Part shown: positions 31,286-41,443 of the stretch, in pieces | How positions within the stretch are numbered: position 1 is the first letter of the stretch | Layout: every line of letters begins with the position of its first letter | Origin: an uncultured Acidobacteriota bacterium | Lineage (GTDB): Bacteria > Acidobacteriota > UBA6911 > RPQK01 > JAPXNP01 | Length of the DNA stretch: 64,000 nt | NCBI GenBank assembly: GCA_963777605.1 | Contig: CAVZRV010000030.1 | Span: 288,001-352,000, forward strand | Direction: 5' to 3' | Position numbers and translations under genes: made by a program | The notes under the pieces: generated by a model | Told to the model about the DNA's origin: nothing | The model's input: the letters and a program-made list of their open reading frames with translations, nothing else | Databases searched by the model: none

Positions 31286-31565
31286 TGTCTTCAACGGGGC
31301 TCCTTCCTGCAATCCTCATGTCTGACGTTCATTTCCGGGAAAGGCACCTCCACGCAACGATCAATGATGAATTCTCTTGGCGATGGAATCAACAGTTTAG
31401 GCGTCCAGTCGTCAACAGATTTTAGTTGGCCCAACACGATTGAGTCCGCCCCTGGGACTCAATGGCAGGAGAAGGGAGTTGATCGCCAGATGGTTGATTT
31501 CCTCAGCGACGTGCCAATCGCCGCGGGTGTGGAAGAGCCGGCTGTTCTCTTTGAAAGACGGCCTT

Positions 31566-31581
31566 TGGCATGGGAAGTGCT
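31566..31581 (+). promoter_or_regulatory. Putative sigma54 (-24/-12) promoter
   Basis: TGGCATGGGAAGTGCT has exact GG-N10-GC spacing and lies ~45 nt upstream of GTG 31624. Confidence 0.5.
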
Positions 31582-31623
31582 AAAAATTTCGGGAATCATG
31601 TTGCGACTCAAGGGAGGAGAATA

Positions 31624-32742
31624 GTGGCTCAGTACAAAATTGCATGGCTGCCGGGTGACGGAGTTGGAATTGACGTGATGGAGGCGGCTCGGATCGTCCT
31701 CGATCGAATCGAGCTCGATGCCGACTACATCCACGGTGATATCGGTTGGGAATACTGGTGCGCTGAGGGGGACTCGCTTCCCGAGCGGACGATCGATCTT
31801 CTCGGACGGGTAGATGCTGCCCTTTTCGGGGCGATCACTTCGAAGCCCGCCTGGGCGGCTGAGAGTGAGCTGAACCCGGAGCTCCGGGGTACCGGGTTGC
31901 TTTACCGATCTCCGATTGTCCGGATGCGGCAATTGTTCGATCTCTATATCTGCTTTCGACCTTGCCGGGCCTATCCCGGGAACCCGCTGAACTTCCGTGA
32001 AGGTATCGATTTGGTTGTGTTTCGGGAGAACACTGAGGATCTCTACTCCGGGGTCGAGTTCAGCCCGGTTCCTGCGGGTATTTCTCAGCGCTTGAGCGAA
32101 CTCTCGAAGCCATTTGGGAAGTTCAGGAACCTCGGGCCTGATGACTACGCGATCTCGGTCAAGGTGAACACCCGGGCAAGCTCGGAACGGATCGTCCGGG
32201 CGGCTTTTGAATTTGCCCGCAAGCATGGAAGGAAGCGGCTCACCGTGGTCCACAAGGCCAACGTGGTTCGGGCCAGCGACGGCCTGTTCCTGGAATCGGC
32301 CGGCCGAGTCGCCGGCGATTTCCCCGAGGTATCGATGGATGACGCCAACATCGATGCCATGACGATGTGGTTGTTGAAGAACCCCTTCAATTACGACGTT
32401 CTCGTGGCACCCAATCTCTACGGCGATATCATCTCGGATCTTTGTGCGCAGATGGTCGGAGGACTCGGCTTCGCGTGCTCCGGAAACATCGGTGAGCGGT
32501 TGGCGGTCTTCGAACCGACTCACGGATCGGCTCCCAAGTATGCAGGGCAGTACAAGGTGAACCCGGTGGCAACGATCCTGGCGGCGAAGATGATGCTGGA
32601 GTGGTTGGGTGAACTGGAAAAGGCCCAGCGGCTCGATCGGGCGGTTGCCGATGTCATCGTCGAGGGGAAGGTGCGGACCTACGATATGGGAGGATCATCG
32701 ACAACTCTGGAGATGGCGGAAGCGGTTGCGCGCCGGCTCTAA
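31624..32742 (+). CDS. Isocitrate/isopropylmalate (beta-decarboxylating) dehydrogenase family protein
   Basis: GGAGG RBS. LPGDGVG, FRENTEDLY, HKANV, NLYGDIISD and FEPTHGSAP motifs. Confidence 0.9.
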   Translation: MAQYKIAWLPGDGVGIDVMEAARIVLDRIELDADYIHGDIGWEYWCAEGDSLPERTIDLLGRVDAALFGAITSKPAWAAESELNPELRGTGLLYRSPIVRMRQLFDLYICFRPCRAYPGNPLNFREGIDLVVFRENTEDLYSGVEFSPVPAGISQRLSELSKPFGKFRNLGPDDYAISVKVNTRASSERIVRAAFEFARKHGRKRLTVVHKANVVRASDGLFLESAGRVAGDFPEVSMDDANIDAMTMWLLKNPFNYDVLVAPNLYGDIISDLCAQMVGGLGFACSGNIGERLAVFEPTHGSAPKYAGQYKVNPVATILAAKMMLEWLGELEKAQRLDRAVADVIVEGKVRTYDMGGSSTTLEMAEAVARRL

Positions 32743-32836
32743 CTGCGATACATGGTGCTCGAGAGGGTTGCGGCGGCCGGGATGATTCCCGGAGCCGCAA
32801 ACTGGCAGAGCACCGAAGACAGCGGAGGATTGGCAT

Positions 32837-34125
32837 ATGGGCCTGACGGTAGTGGAGAAGATCCTGGCAAGGGCTGCCGGGTTGGAAAGTGCGTCGCCCG
32901 GGGATGTGGTTGAGCCTCGAGTGGATCTGGCCATGTCCCACGAGAACGCCGCGCTGGTCATGAATCAGTTTCGGGAGATTTATGCCGGAACGGGTTTGGA
33001 AGAGAAGGTCTGGGCTCCCGAAAAGATCGCGATAATTCTGGATCACCGAGTCCCGGCCGAAAGCGCCAAGACGGCAACCAACCAGAAGCGGATTCGAGAA
33101 TTCGTAAGATCTCAGGGCATCGAGCGGTTTCACGACATCCGGGGCGACGAGGGGGGGATCTGTCACCAGGTTCTCCCTGAGAACGGCTATGTACTGCCCG
33201 GGCAGGTTGTGGTTGGAACCGACAGCCACACCACCAGCCACGGTGCCCTGGGCGCCTTCGCTTTTGGTATTGGTGCGACCGAAATGTCGGCCGTCTGGGC
33301 GTTGGGCTGCGTGCTTAACGTTGAGGTGCCTGCTGCGATCCGGGTCGAGGTCGATGGGGCGTTTGCCCCACGGGTGGGTGCCAAGGATCTGGTCCTCAAC
33401 CTGATCGGCCGGTTGACGGCGGAGGGGGCCAACTTCCGCGTGCTCGAGTATCACGGAAGCACCATCCGGGAGATGCCCACTTCGGGACGGCTCACGATCT
33501 GTAACATGGCAGTCGAGGCCGGGGCGACTTCGGGAATTGTCCCGGAGACGACGAGACCGAGCGCTACCTCAGAGAGGTTGCTGGGTACCAGGGGCCGATC
33601 GATCCGGTCGTCGCCGACGAAGATGCCCGTTACCAGCAGGTCGTCCAGATCGACGCCGCAAGCCTCGATCCGCAGATTGCCTGTCCCCACCGGGTGGACA
33701 ACGTGCGTCCGGTGGGCGAGGAGGCCGGCAGAAAGATTGACCAGATCGTCATAGGTTCCTGTACGAATGGGCGCCTGGACGACCTCGAGGTGGCGGCCAG
33801 CCTGCTCAGAGGCAAGCGGATCAGCCGTGACGTCCGTATGCTGGTTTTCCCTGCCACGTGGCGCATCTACCGGGAAGCAATGAAGCTGGGCTACCTCACC
33901 GACTTGATCGACGCGGGAGCCGCGGTCATGAATCCCGGCTGCGGATGTTGTCTCGGCGTCCACCAGGGTGCATTGGGTGACGGCGAAGTGGCTCTCTCCA
34001 CGACGAATCGCAACTTCAAAGGCCGCATGGGCAACGCGGCAGCCGAAGTTTACCTTTGTTCGCCGGCAACGGCAGCCGCCAGTGCGTTGAGCGGAGTGAT
34101 CACCGATCCGCGGGAGGTTCAGTGA
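32837..34125 (+). CDS. leuC: Isopropylmalate isomerase/homoaconitase-type large subunit, -1 frameshift near 33542
   Basis: DH, GICHQ, DSHT, CNMAVE, GSCTNGR, PGCGCC and STTNRNF motifs. Adding one C in the run at 33541-33543 restores VPGDDETERYL. Confidence 0.85.
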
Positions 34126-34126
34126 A

Positions 34127-34612
34127 ATGGCTCGTGTCGTTCTGAAACTCGAAGACGATGTGTCTACCGATATTATCTATCCCGGCCGTTTCATGGCGAC
34201 GGTCCTTCCCTCTGAAACGCCCCAGTACGCATTCGCCGACGATCCCGAGTTCAACCGGGCGCTGCGGGCGGGTCAGGTGCCTGAGGGAAGCGTAATCGTG
34301 GCCGGATCCAATTTCGGCAGTGGGTCCTCGCGGGAGCAGGCGGCTTCAACGCTCAAAGGTTACGAGCTGATTATCGTGGCGCGGAGTTTTGCCCGGATCT
34401 TCCTCCAGAATGCGGTCAACCTGGGCTTGCAGACGGTTGCGTGTGGGGATATTGAGGCAGATCTGGATGACGATCTGGAGATTGCGGGAGGCCGGGTGGT
34501 CAATCACACTACCGGAAGGAGTTTCCCCATCCAGGAGATGTCCGAAACGAGGCGCGCGATTGTCGCTGCCGGCGGCCTGATCCCATACGTCCGGCAACGC
34601 TTGGTGGGGTAG
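34127..34612 (+). CDS. leuD: Isopropylmalate isomerase-type small subunit
   Basis: DDVSTDIIYP, NFGSGSSRE, SFARIF.QNA.N.G and GGL motifs. Confidence 0.88.
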   Translation: MARVVLKLEDDVSTDIIYPGRFMATVLPSETPQYAFADDPEFNRALRAGQVPEGSVIVAGSNFGSGSSREQAASTLKGYELIIVARSFARIFLQNAVNLGLQTVACGDIEADLDDDLEIAGGRVVNHTTGRSFPIQEMSETRRAIVAAGGLIPYVRQRLVG

Positions 34613-34764
34613 GATAACCGTCCCCGAGGGTGTCTCGTGGGAAATACGACCTATAGGACGTATGGGACTTGATCTTGTGAATCCTGCGTCCCATTGGGGC
34701 GATGTCCTCCGATAGGGTCCCATCCTGGATTCCCGCGGTGACAACCAAGGATAGTCATCCTACT

Positions 34765-35694
34765 CTAGAGTTGCACTCCCGACTCTTGGGCGATGCGGCG
34801 AATGTGGTCGGCTGCTTCCCGGAATTCGTCCGGGCCCGAGAGATGTTCGATCATCAGGGGCACATCGGATTGGAGGCGCGCAATTTCCCTGAGGTAGGTT
34901 GAATAGTCCAGTTCGCCGCGGCCCGGGATGACTTCCTGGAAGTGGACCTGGGAGCCCTTGACCCATGCCACGTCTTTTGCGTGACAAGAGACGATCCAGG
35001 GGCCCAGTTTCTGGAAGCAGTCCCGGATCAGGCTGGAGGAATCGTAGATCTTCTCCGGGCTGTTGATCATGTTGCAGACATCGACATGGACTCCGAATGA
35101 CTTGCGGTCGACTGCCCGAATCAACTCCAGGTACTGTTCCGGTGTGCTCGGCAAGGTCCACCCCATCATCTCGATCGTGAACCGGGTCCGGGTTGGTCGG
35201 ACGGCATCGATGACCTGGCGGACGGTGCTGACAGTGTCGTCGAAGAACCGTCGGCTGAAGTTGTCGGGGTGGGGGCCGTCCCACGCCTCGGGATTGTAGC
35301 TGCCGGCGATGTCAACGCAGCAGCGGGCGCCCAGTTCGTCGGCCATGGCCAGTCGCCTGGTCACGAATTCGACGTTCTTCTTCCGTTTTTCACGGTTGAG
35401 ATCGAGCAGGTTCACCCAGGCTCCGACCTCGGCGATGACCACGTCCTGGCGGGCGAATTCCGCGGCGCAGGCGCGAATACGCTCGCGGTCTCCGGCTTCC
35501 ATTTCCGGAGCATAGGCGGCCCGATAGCCCAGTTCCCGGTGACGGGCGGCCAGCGCACCGGGATCGTCGTTTTGCAGGAAGACCGGCCCCCCGAGGCGCA
35601 GTGCAGGAGAGGAGGCCGCCGATGTTCGGGAAAGCCTCGACAAGGCCAATCCCGCAGAAGCGCCCACCATGAATTTCCGTCTTGTCAGAGCCAT
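34765..35694 (-). CDS. Tat-exported sugar phosphate isomerase/epimerase (TIM barrel, AP_endonuc_2)
   Basis: AGGAGG RBS, MALTRRKF twin-arginine signal, and E, D..N, H.KD and EH metal ligands. Confidence 0.85.
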   Translation of the reverse strand: MALTRRKFMVGASAGLALSRLSRTSAASSPALRLGGPVFLQNDDPGALAARHRELGYRAAYAPEMEAGDRERIRACAAEFARQDVVIAEVGAWVNLLDLNREKRKKNVEFVTRRLAMADELGARCCVDIAGSYNPEAWDGPHPDNFSRRFFDDTVSTVRQVIDAVRPTRTRFTIEMMGWTLPSTPEQYLELIRAVDRKSFGVHVDVCNMINSPEKIYDSSSLIRDCFQKLGPWIVSCHAKDVAWVKGSQVHFQEVIPGRGELDYSTYLREIARLQSDVPLMIEHLSGPDEFREAADHIRRIAQESGVQL

Positions 35695-35729
35695 TGCGTT
35701 AGCCTCCTGGTTGTTTCCGCCCGGCAAAA

Positions 35730-36944
35730 TCAAATCACTCCGTCGCGGCGCAGGCTGGTGATCTCCTCTGGAGAATACCCCAACTCCTGGAGAATTTCCT
35801 CGGTGTGTTGAGAAAGCTTCGGTGGTGCCGTCCGCAGTTCTCCCGGTGACTTCTCGAAATGAGCCGTCAGGTTGAACAGCCGCAACTCCCCGATCTCCGG
35901 TTCCTGAACTGAACCAAGCGTCTGGCGATGCCGAACCTGGGCCGCTTCCAGGGCGTCCTGCATGGAGAGAATTTCTCCCGAAGGCACTCCTCTCCGGTTG
36001 AGTTCCTCGACCCATTGAGTAGTCGGCTTCGTCCTCAGTTTCTCCTCCAGCAGGGGAGTGAGCGCTTTACGGTTGAGCTTGCGGTTGTCCCGTTCCGCAA
36101 ATCTGGGATCGGTCTTCAGCTCAGGAACTTCCAGCACCTCTGCCACCGCTTCCCACTGCTCCTGTTTGTTGGCCGCGATATTGATGAAGCCGTCGGCGGT
36201 CGCGAAGGTTCCCGAAGGTGCGGCCGTGAAGTTGTCGTTGCCCATCAGGACGGGCGGCTTGCCGCCGATCAGCCAGTTGGCTGCAACCCAGCCCAAGAGC
36301 GGCATGATCGAGTCGAGCAGGGCGATATCGATGAACTGCCCCTCTCCGGTCCGTTCCCGATGGAAGAGCGCCGCCATGACGGCAAACGCTGCGTTCAGAC
36401 CGCCCACCGTGTCGCAGACTGGAAAACCGCAGCGAAGAGGATTGAACGCCTCATCCCCGTTGATGGCCATAACCCCGCTCAAGCCTTGGATGATCTGGTC
36501 GTAGGCCGGCTTCAGGGCGTCCGGGCCGGTCTGTCCGAAGCCTGAAATCGCGCAGTAGATCAAACGTGGGTTGAGTTCCCGCAGCAGATCGTAGCCGAGA
36601 CCGAGCCGGTCCATGACACCGGGCCTGAAATTCTCGACTACAACGTCGGCCCTGCGAACCAGTTTAAGGAAGATTCCCTTTGCCTTCTCTTCTTTCAGGT
36701 TGAGCGTCAACGACTTCTTGTTGGCGTTCTGAGCGAGGAAGCTGGTCCCCATCTGCTTCTGATTGAACGCGGGAACGTTTCCCAGTTTCCGGGCCAGATC
36801 ACCTCCTGTCGGGTTCTCGACTTTGATCACGTCCGCACCCAAAAGCGCCAGGTGAAGGGTGGCAAATGGACCGGAGAGTACGTTGGTCAGGTCCAGGATT
36901 CGAACGCCGGATAGGATGTCCATAATGTGCTCCCTGGTTGACAT
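35730..36944 (-). CDS. Family III (CaiB/BaiF) CoA-transferase
   Basis: LDLT.VLSGP, GADVIKVE, NKKS, ENFRPG, SGFGQTGP and YD motifs. Confidence 0.93.
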   Translation of the reverse strand: MSTREHIMDILSGVRILDLTNVLSGPFATLHLALLGADVIKVENPTGGDLARKLGNVPAFNQKQMGTSFLAQNANKKSLTLNLKEEKAKGIFLKLVRRADVVVENFRPGVMDRLGLGYDLLRELNPRLIYCAISGFGQTGPDALKPAYDQIIQGLSGVMAINGDEAFNPLRCGFPVCDTVGGLNAAFAVMAALFHRERTGEGQFIDIALLDSIMPLLGWVAANWLIGGKPPVLMGNDNFTAAPSGTFATADGFINIAANKQEQWEAVAEVLEVPELKTDPRFAERDNRKLNRKALTPLLEEKLRTKPTTQWVEELNRRGVPSGEILSMQDALEAAQVRHRQTLGSVQEPEIGELRLFNLTAHFEKSPGELRTAPPKLSQHTEEILQELGYSPEEITSLRRDGVI

Positions 36945-37001
36945 CGCCCACCAGCGTGGTCGTGGGCAGCTGGTGTCAACGCCCGGTTCATTGCTGTGGT
37001 A

Positions 37002-37934
37002 TCACTCCGTTGGACTCGCTGCCGCTGATGCAGTGATGGGGCCGGCCCGGTAGACGGAGCCGGGCAAGTCCCGGCCGATTCGGGTGGCCAGGGCCCGGGC
37101 CGTCTCGACGAGTTGTTCCAGCCGGATATCCTGTCGAAGCCCCATGCGTTGCAGCATGTGGACCAGATCTTCGGTGGAGGCGTTGCCTCCCGCGACGGCC
37201 GTGAACGGGCAACCCCCGAGTCCGGCGACTGAAGTCTCCAGGCTTCCCACCCCCTCCTCGAGGGCGGCATAGCAGTTGGCGAGGGCCAGTCCGAAAGTGT
37301 TGTGAAAGTGACAGGTGAGGTGAATCGAGGAACTGCAGTCCTTCACTTTCTGGATCAGCCGCCTGACGCTGAGGGGGTCGGCGTGACCCGCCGTGTCGGC
37401 AAGGCTGATCTCATCCAGTCCGGCTTCCAGGTAGCGCCTGACGATCCGAAGCACCTGTTCGTGGGTGATTTCACCTTCGTAGCCGCATCCGAACGCCGAT
37501 TGAACCGAAACCTGAACCGGAAGGCCTGCGCGAAGGGCCGAATGGGCCATGGGGATTATCCGTCCGAGAGCCTCATCCACGGACATCCGCGTGTTCTTCC
37601 GGCTGTGGGTTTCGCTGGCGGACACCCCCATACAGAACATCTCGACTCCGCAGGCCAGGCCGCGCTCCAACCCTTTCTCGTTCAGCACGAGTCCCGACAA
37701 GATCGGTGCCGTCCCTCTCCGACGTGCCCGTGCCTCTCTGAAAAGCAGGTCGGTGTCTGCCATCTGAGGGACGAGTTTGGGGTGAACGAAGGATCCGAGT
37801 TGGAGAATGTCCAACCCGCTCCCGAGAAGACCCTGGATCCAGTCCAGCTTGACCTCCGTCGGATAGGTCTCCGGCTCCATTTGAAGACCATCCCGCAACC
37901 CAACCTCGTGCACTGTGACCCGATTCTGTAACAT
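37002..37934 (-). CDS. Hydroxymethylglutaryl-CoA lyase family protein
   Basis: EVGLRDGLQ, SFVHPK.VPQMAD, LADT.G, HFHNT and GLGGCPF...GN motifs. GAGG RBS before ATG 37934. Confidence 0.9.
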   Translation of the reverse strand: MLQNRVTVHEVGLRDGLQMEPETYPTEVKLDWIQGLLGSGLDILQLGSFVHPKLVPQMADTDLLFREARARRRGTAPILSGLVLNEKGLERGLACGVEMFCMGVSASETHSRKNTRMSVDEALGRIIPMAHSALRAGLPVQVSVQSAFGCGYEGEITHEQVLRIVRRYLEAGLDEISLADTAGHADPLSVRRLIQKVKDCSSSIHLTCHFHNTFGLALANCYAALEEGVGSLETSVAGLGGCPFTAVAGGNASTEDLVHMLQRMGLRQDIRLEQLVETARALATRIGRDLPGSVYRAGPITASAAASPTE

Positions 37935-38310
37935 GCACCCCACCTCGTTCTCCGGACAGGATTGACCGGTTCTCGTTCGCGATATCAGCGAGCAAATTCC
38001 GGGCCAGCGTGAACGCGGCCGGCCCTCCCGAAATCCCAACGATCGGTTCTGGTTCGCTCACGGAGACTCAACGGCTAAGATGCCAAGATTCTGGGACGCT
38101 TTCTGGAATTGCCCTGATCGAAGTATGCGGTGAACTTAGGGGTAAATGACGCAGCGTTGTGGGATTTCACTTAGTGTTAAATGACCCAGGGGACTCGTCC
38201 GCGTCGTTTCTGTATTCTGTTGTTGCTGATGTTCTGAAATTCCGAAGAAAAATCAGGCAGCGAAGCATGGTTCTAAGAAGTGTTCTCGGGGGCGAAGGAG
38301 GGGACGTCTG

Positions 38311-39061
38311 ATGTCAGAGAAGGGGAGAGTCAAGGTCGGGATCATCGGATCAGGATTCGAAGCGGACATTCATGCGGCCTCGTTTCAGATCATGGCGGAC
38401 GAAGCAGAAGTTGTCGCGGTGGCTTCTCCAACTCCCGGCAATGCGGCCAGGTTGGCCGGTCGCTACGGTATTCCCCGTGTCTTTGCCAGACTACCGGGAG
38501 ATGTTGCAGGAGCCGGACATCGAACTCGTCACGATCACCGCGCCGAACACGCTCCACGCCCAAATGACAATCGACATTGCCTCCGCCGGCAAGCACGTAG
38601 TCTGCGAGAAGCCCTTCTGCATCCTCGAGTTCGAGGGGGGCGCCATCGGGATTGCGGAGGACAGTTGGGCCCATCGAGGTGGAATGGACGACTGCATCGA
38701 AGGGCACGGGGAGGGCGGCGTGACCTACGCTGACCTGCACATGGGAAATGCCCTCCCAACCTATAGCGAATACGGATACGGCTATGCCGTTGAAAAGGCG
38801 CCCACTACCCGGGGATGGACCTACCCGGTCTTCGAGGAACTTTGGAACTACGGGTTTCCCCAGGAGATGCACCACTTTGCACGATGCGTTCGGGGCAAAG
38901 ATGAACCCCAGGTCACTGGGGAGGACGGCCGGCTGGTTCAGGAAGTTCTCTTGGCGGGCTATCAGTCGGCGGGCCTTGGGCAGAAAGTCAGCCTGCCGTT
39001 TCGCCCCCGGGGTGTGAAACGTCCGATTGATCTCTGGTTGAATTCAAAACAGGCCGGCTGA
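38311..39061 (+). pseudogene. Gfo/Idh/MocA oxidoreductase with frameshift and large internal deletion
   Basis: The N-terminal GIIGSG domain has a +1 shift near 38488. HVVCEKP runs straight into the late-domain CILEFEGGAIG. The total is only ~250 codons. Confidence 0.75.
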
Positions 39062-39249
39062 ATTCTGGATTTCGGGGCTTCAGAGCCGGCCGGGGAGGAA
39101 AAGGGGGCGGGCTATGGGACGGGTGAGACTCATCGGACACGGGATCAACAGGACATCGGACACCTCCCCAAAGGCAAACCGTCCAACCCTGGAACCCCAT
39201 GATGCCGGGCGCTCCTGATGGCCCGGCATCATGGTTGAAAGGATAGCGC

Positions 39250-41163
39250 TTACGCCGCCGGTTCCTCATCTGAAAGCCCGCGAATGGACAAATGCCGCCA
39301 GATGATCACCGCCGAAATGACCCCAAGCAGGAGGAGCCCAAGGCCGGTGAGGTAGTCTCCGAACAGTATGTCGCCGAAGCCGAAAAGCACCGAGTAGACC
39401 ATCACGATACCCAGGAACCAGTCCAGGAAGAGCCGTCCGAAACCGGTGTCTCCCTTGACCTCCGGGACCTTGGCGGCAATCGCCTTCCAGCCGATCCCGC
39501 CGGGATGAACCCGCTTGTAAAAATCGATCAACTTGTGATCCGGCACGGGTCGGGTCAGGAAGGTAACGACCAACCAGACCACGGTGGTTCCCAGGACGGT
39601 CGGGTAGAGGGTAATCGGCGGTTCGATTCCAAAATGGTAACGCGCAATCGGGTAGATGATCAGTGGTGCGATCATCGCGGAAATCTCCGACCATGCGTTG
39701 ATCCTCCACCAGAACCAGCGAAGGATGAGAACGGCTCCCATACCCGCGCTGGCATTGATGACGAATTCCCATGCGCCGGAAACCTGGGTTAGGAAGTAAC
39801 GCGAGACGACCAGAGAAAACACCGTCATCAGGAGAATTCCGACCCGAGAGATCAGGACATAGTGCTTCTCTGATGCGGTAGGCTTTATAAATCGCCTGTA
39901 GAAATCATTAATCAGGTATGACGTTCCCCAGTTCAGCTGCGACGCCAGCGTCGACATGTAGGCCGCCAGGAACACGGCGATCAAGAGTCCAAGGAGCCCC
40001 GCTGGAAGGTTTCGGATCATGAGCTTGGGATACATGACTCCCGGATCGACGGTGTTCTCGTAGGTCTCATACATCAGCCCGAATTCAGGTGATTTATAGA
40101 GCGGCTCTTCACTGGTCAGCAGGACCGGGTTGTTGTGTGCCAGGACGACCTGGTCGTAGAGTTGCGGGTTCTGTGCCCGAAGCATCTCCGGGTCTTCAAC
40201 TCTTGGCAGAACGACCAGGGCGACCAGCGCCACCAAAATCCAGGGCCAGGGGCGCAATGTGTAGTGTGCGACGGTGAACCACAGGGTTGCGAACAGACTG
40301 TGGTTCTCGTTCTTCGCCGACATCATCCGCTGGGCCACGTAGCCACCGCCGCCCGGATCGGCCCCGGGATACCAGGCCGACCACCACTGAACGCCGACAT
40401 AGGCCAGAAAGGCACCGGTCGTGATCGCCATTGCGCCCCCCGTGACACCGGAGAGGGAGGCGTCTCCAATCCGGGGCAGAAAGTCCAATACCTGGGGTGA
40501 CAGTTTCGATTTGAGCGCCATCAGGCCTCCGACTTCCGGAAGATTGACAACGATATAGGCCAGAATGATGCACCCGCCCATGGCGAACACAAACTGGAAG
40601 CTGTCGGTCCGGGCTGTTCCCACCAGTCCCGATGCCGAGGCGTAGATTGCGAGAATGCTCGCCGTAATGACGACCAGGAGAAAGGGATCGATCTCGGGGA
40701 TAGTGACCTTGAAGATCTTCTCCATGGCCTTGTTGACCCAGCCCAAAACGATCGCATTCATGAACAAGCCGAGGTAGACGGCGCGAAAGCCCCTCAGTAC
40801 CGCTGCAGCCTTGCCATGGTAGCGGAGTTCAACGTACTCAACATCCGTCATGATCCCGGCCCGGCGCCAGAGGCGGGCGAAGAAGAATACCGTCAGCATT
40901 CCGCCGATGGCCAGGTTCCACCAGAGCCAGTTTCCCGCGATCCCGTTCTTGGCCACGAGTTCGGTCACCGCCAGAGGCGTGTCGGCCGCGAAGGTCGTCG
41001 CCACCATTGCGGTTCCGGCGATGTACCAGGGCATGTCACGGCCAGAGAGGAAGTACTGATCGGTGTCTTTACCCGCTTTGCGTGAGTAATAAGCCGCGAT
41101 ACCAAAAATGATCAAAAAGAAAGCCAGGACTACGGCTATATCCAGGAACTCGAGATTCTGCAT
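39250..41163 (-). CDS. Sodium:solute symporter (SSS) family transporter
   Basis: YFLSGR..PW, ATTFAADTP, QRMMSAK and LAAYMST motifs, with more than 12 TM segments. Confidence 0.93.
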   Translation of the reverse strand: MQNLEFLDIAVVLAFFLIIFGIAAYYSRKAGKDTDQYFLSGRDMPWYIAGTAMVATTFAADTPLAVTELVAKNGIAGNWLWWNLAIGGMLTVFFFARLWRRAGIMTDVEYVELRYHGKAAAVLRGFRAVYLGLFMNAIVLGWVNKAMEKIFKVTIPEIDPFLLVVITASILAIYASASGLVGTARTDSFQFVFAMGGCIILAYIVVNLPEVGGLMALKSKLSPQVLDFLPRIGDASLSGVTGGAMAITTGAFLAYVGVQWWSAWYPGADPGGGGYVAQRMMSAKNENHSLFATLWFTVAHYTLRPWPWILVALVALVVLPRVEDPEMLRAQNPQLYDQVVLAHNNPVLLTSEEPLYKSPEFGLMYETYENTVDPGVMYPKLMIRNLPAGLLGLLIAVFLAAYMSTLASQLNWGTSYLINDFYRRFIKPTASEKHYVLISRVGILLMTVFSLVVSRYFLTQVSGAWEFVINASAGMGAVLILRWFWWRINAWSEISAMIAPLIIYPIARYHFGIEPPITLYPTVLGTTVVWLVVTFLTRPVPDHKLIDFYKRVHPGGIGWKAIAAKVPEVKGDTGFGRLFLDWFLGIVMVYSVLFGFGDILFGDYLTGLGLLLLGVISAVIIWRHLSIRGLSDEEPAA

Positions 41164-41395
41164 TCATTCACCCCCGCTCATCTTTTCAGAAAGTTGGTCG
41201 TTCTCTCCCATTTTGTATCCGGGATAGTAACACTTGGCCGAGACCATTTGTAGATGGAGTCTCGAATCGAGAGTAGAACCGAGTTGGCGCGGACCTCTCT
41301 TCCCCAGGCGGCCGTTTTTCGGGCAGATTCAGCCGGCCTGAGTCGCGTGTAAAGACGGGGCTATTCCCGGCAGTGGCTGCCCAGCAGTGGCTGCG

Positions 41396-41424
41396 TGGAC
41401 AACCATGTTGCGTGGTGCTATAGA
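41396..41424 (+). promoter_or_regulatory. Putative sigma70 promoter of hut operon
   Basis: TGGACA-N17-TATAGA with an extended TG, preceded by a direct repeat of GCAGTGGCTGC. Confidence 0.4.
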
Positions 41425-41443
41425 GAAAGAAGGAGATCAAAAC

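Noticed and set aside
34646-34670. GACCTATAGGACGTATGGGACT resembles the reverse complement of the sequence at ~60002-60025
   Set aside because: It is too short and degenerate to call as an element from two copies.
41205-41260. HutC operator (TTGTAT/TTGTAG half-sites) upstream of hutU
   Set aside because: Only half-sites are present, with no proper palindrome and no hutC gene in the window.
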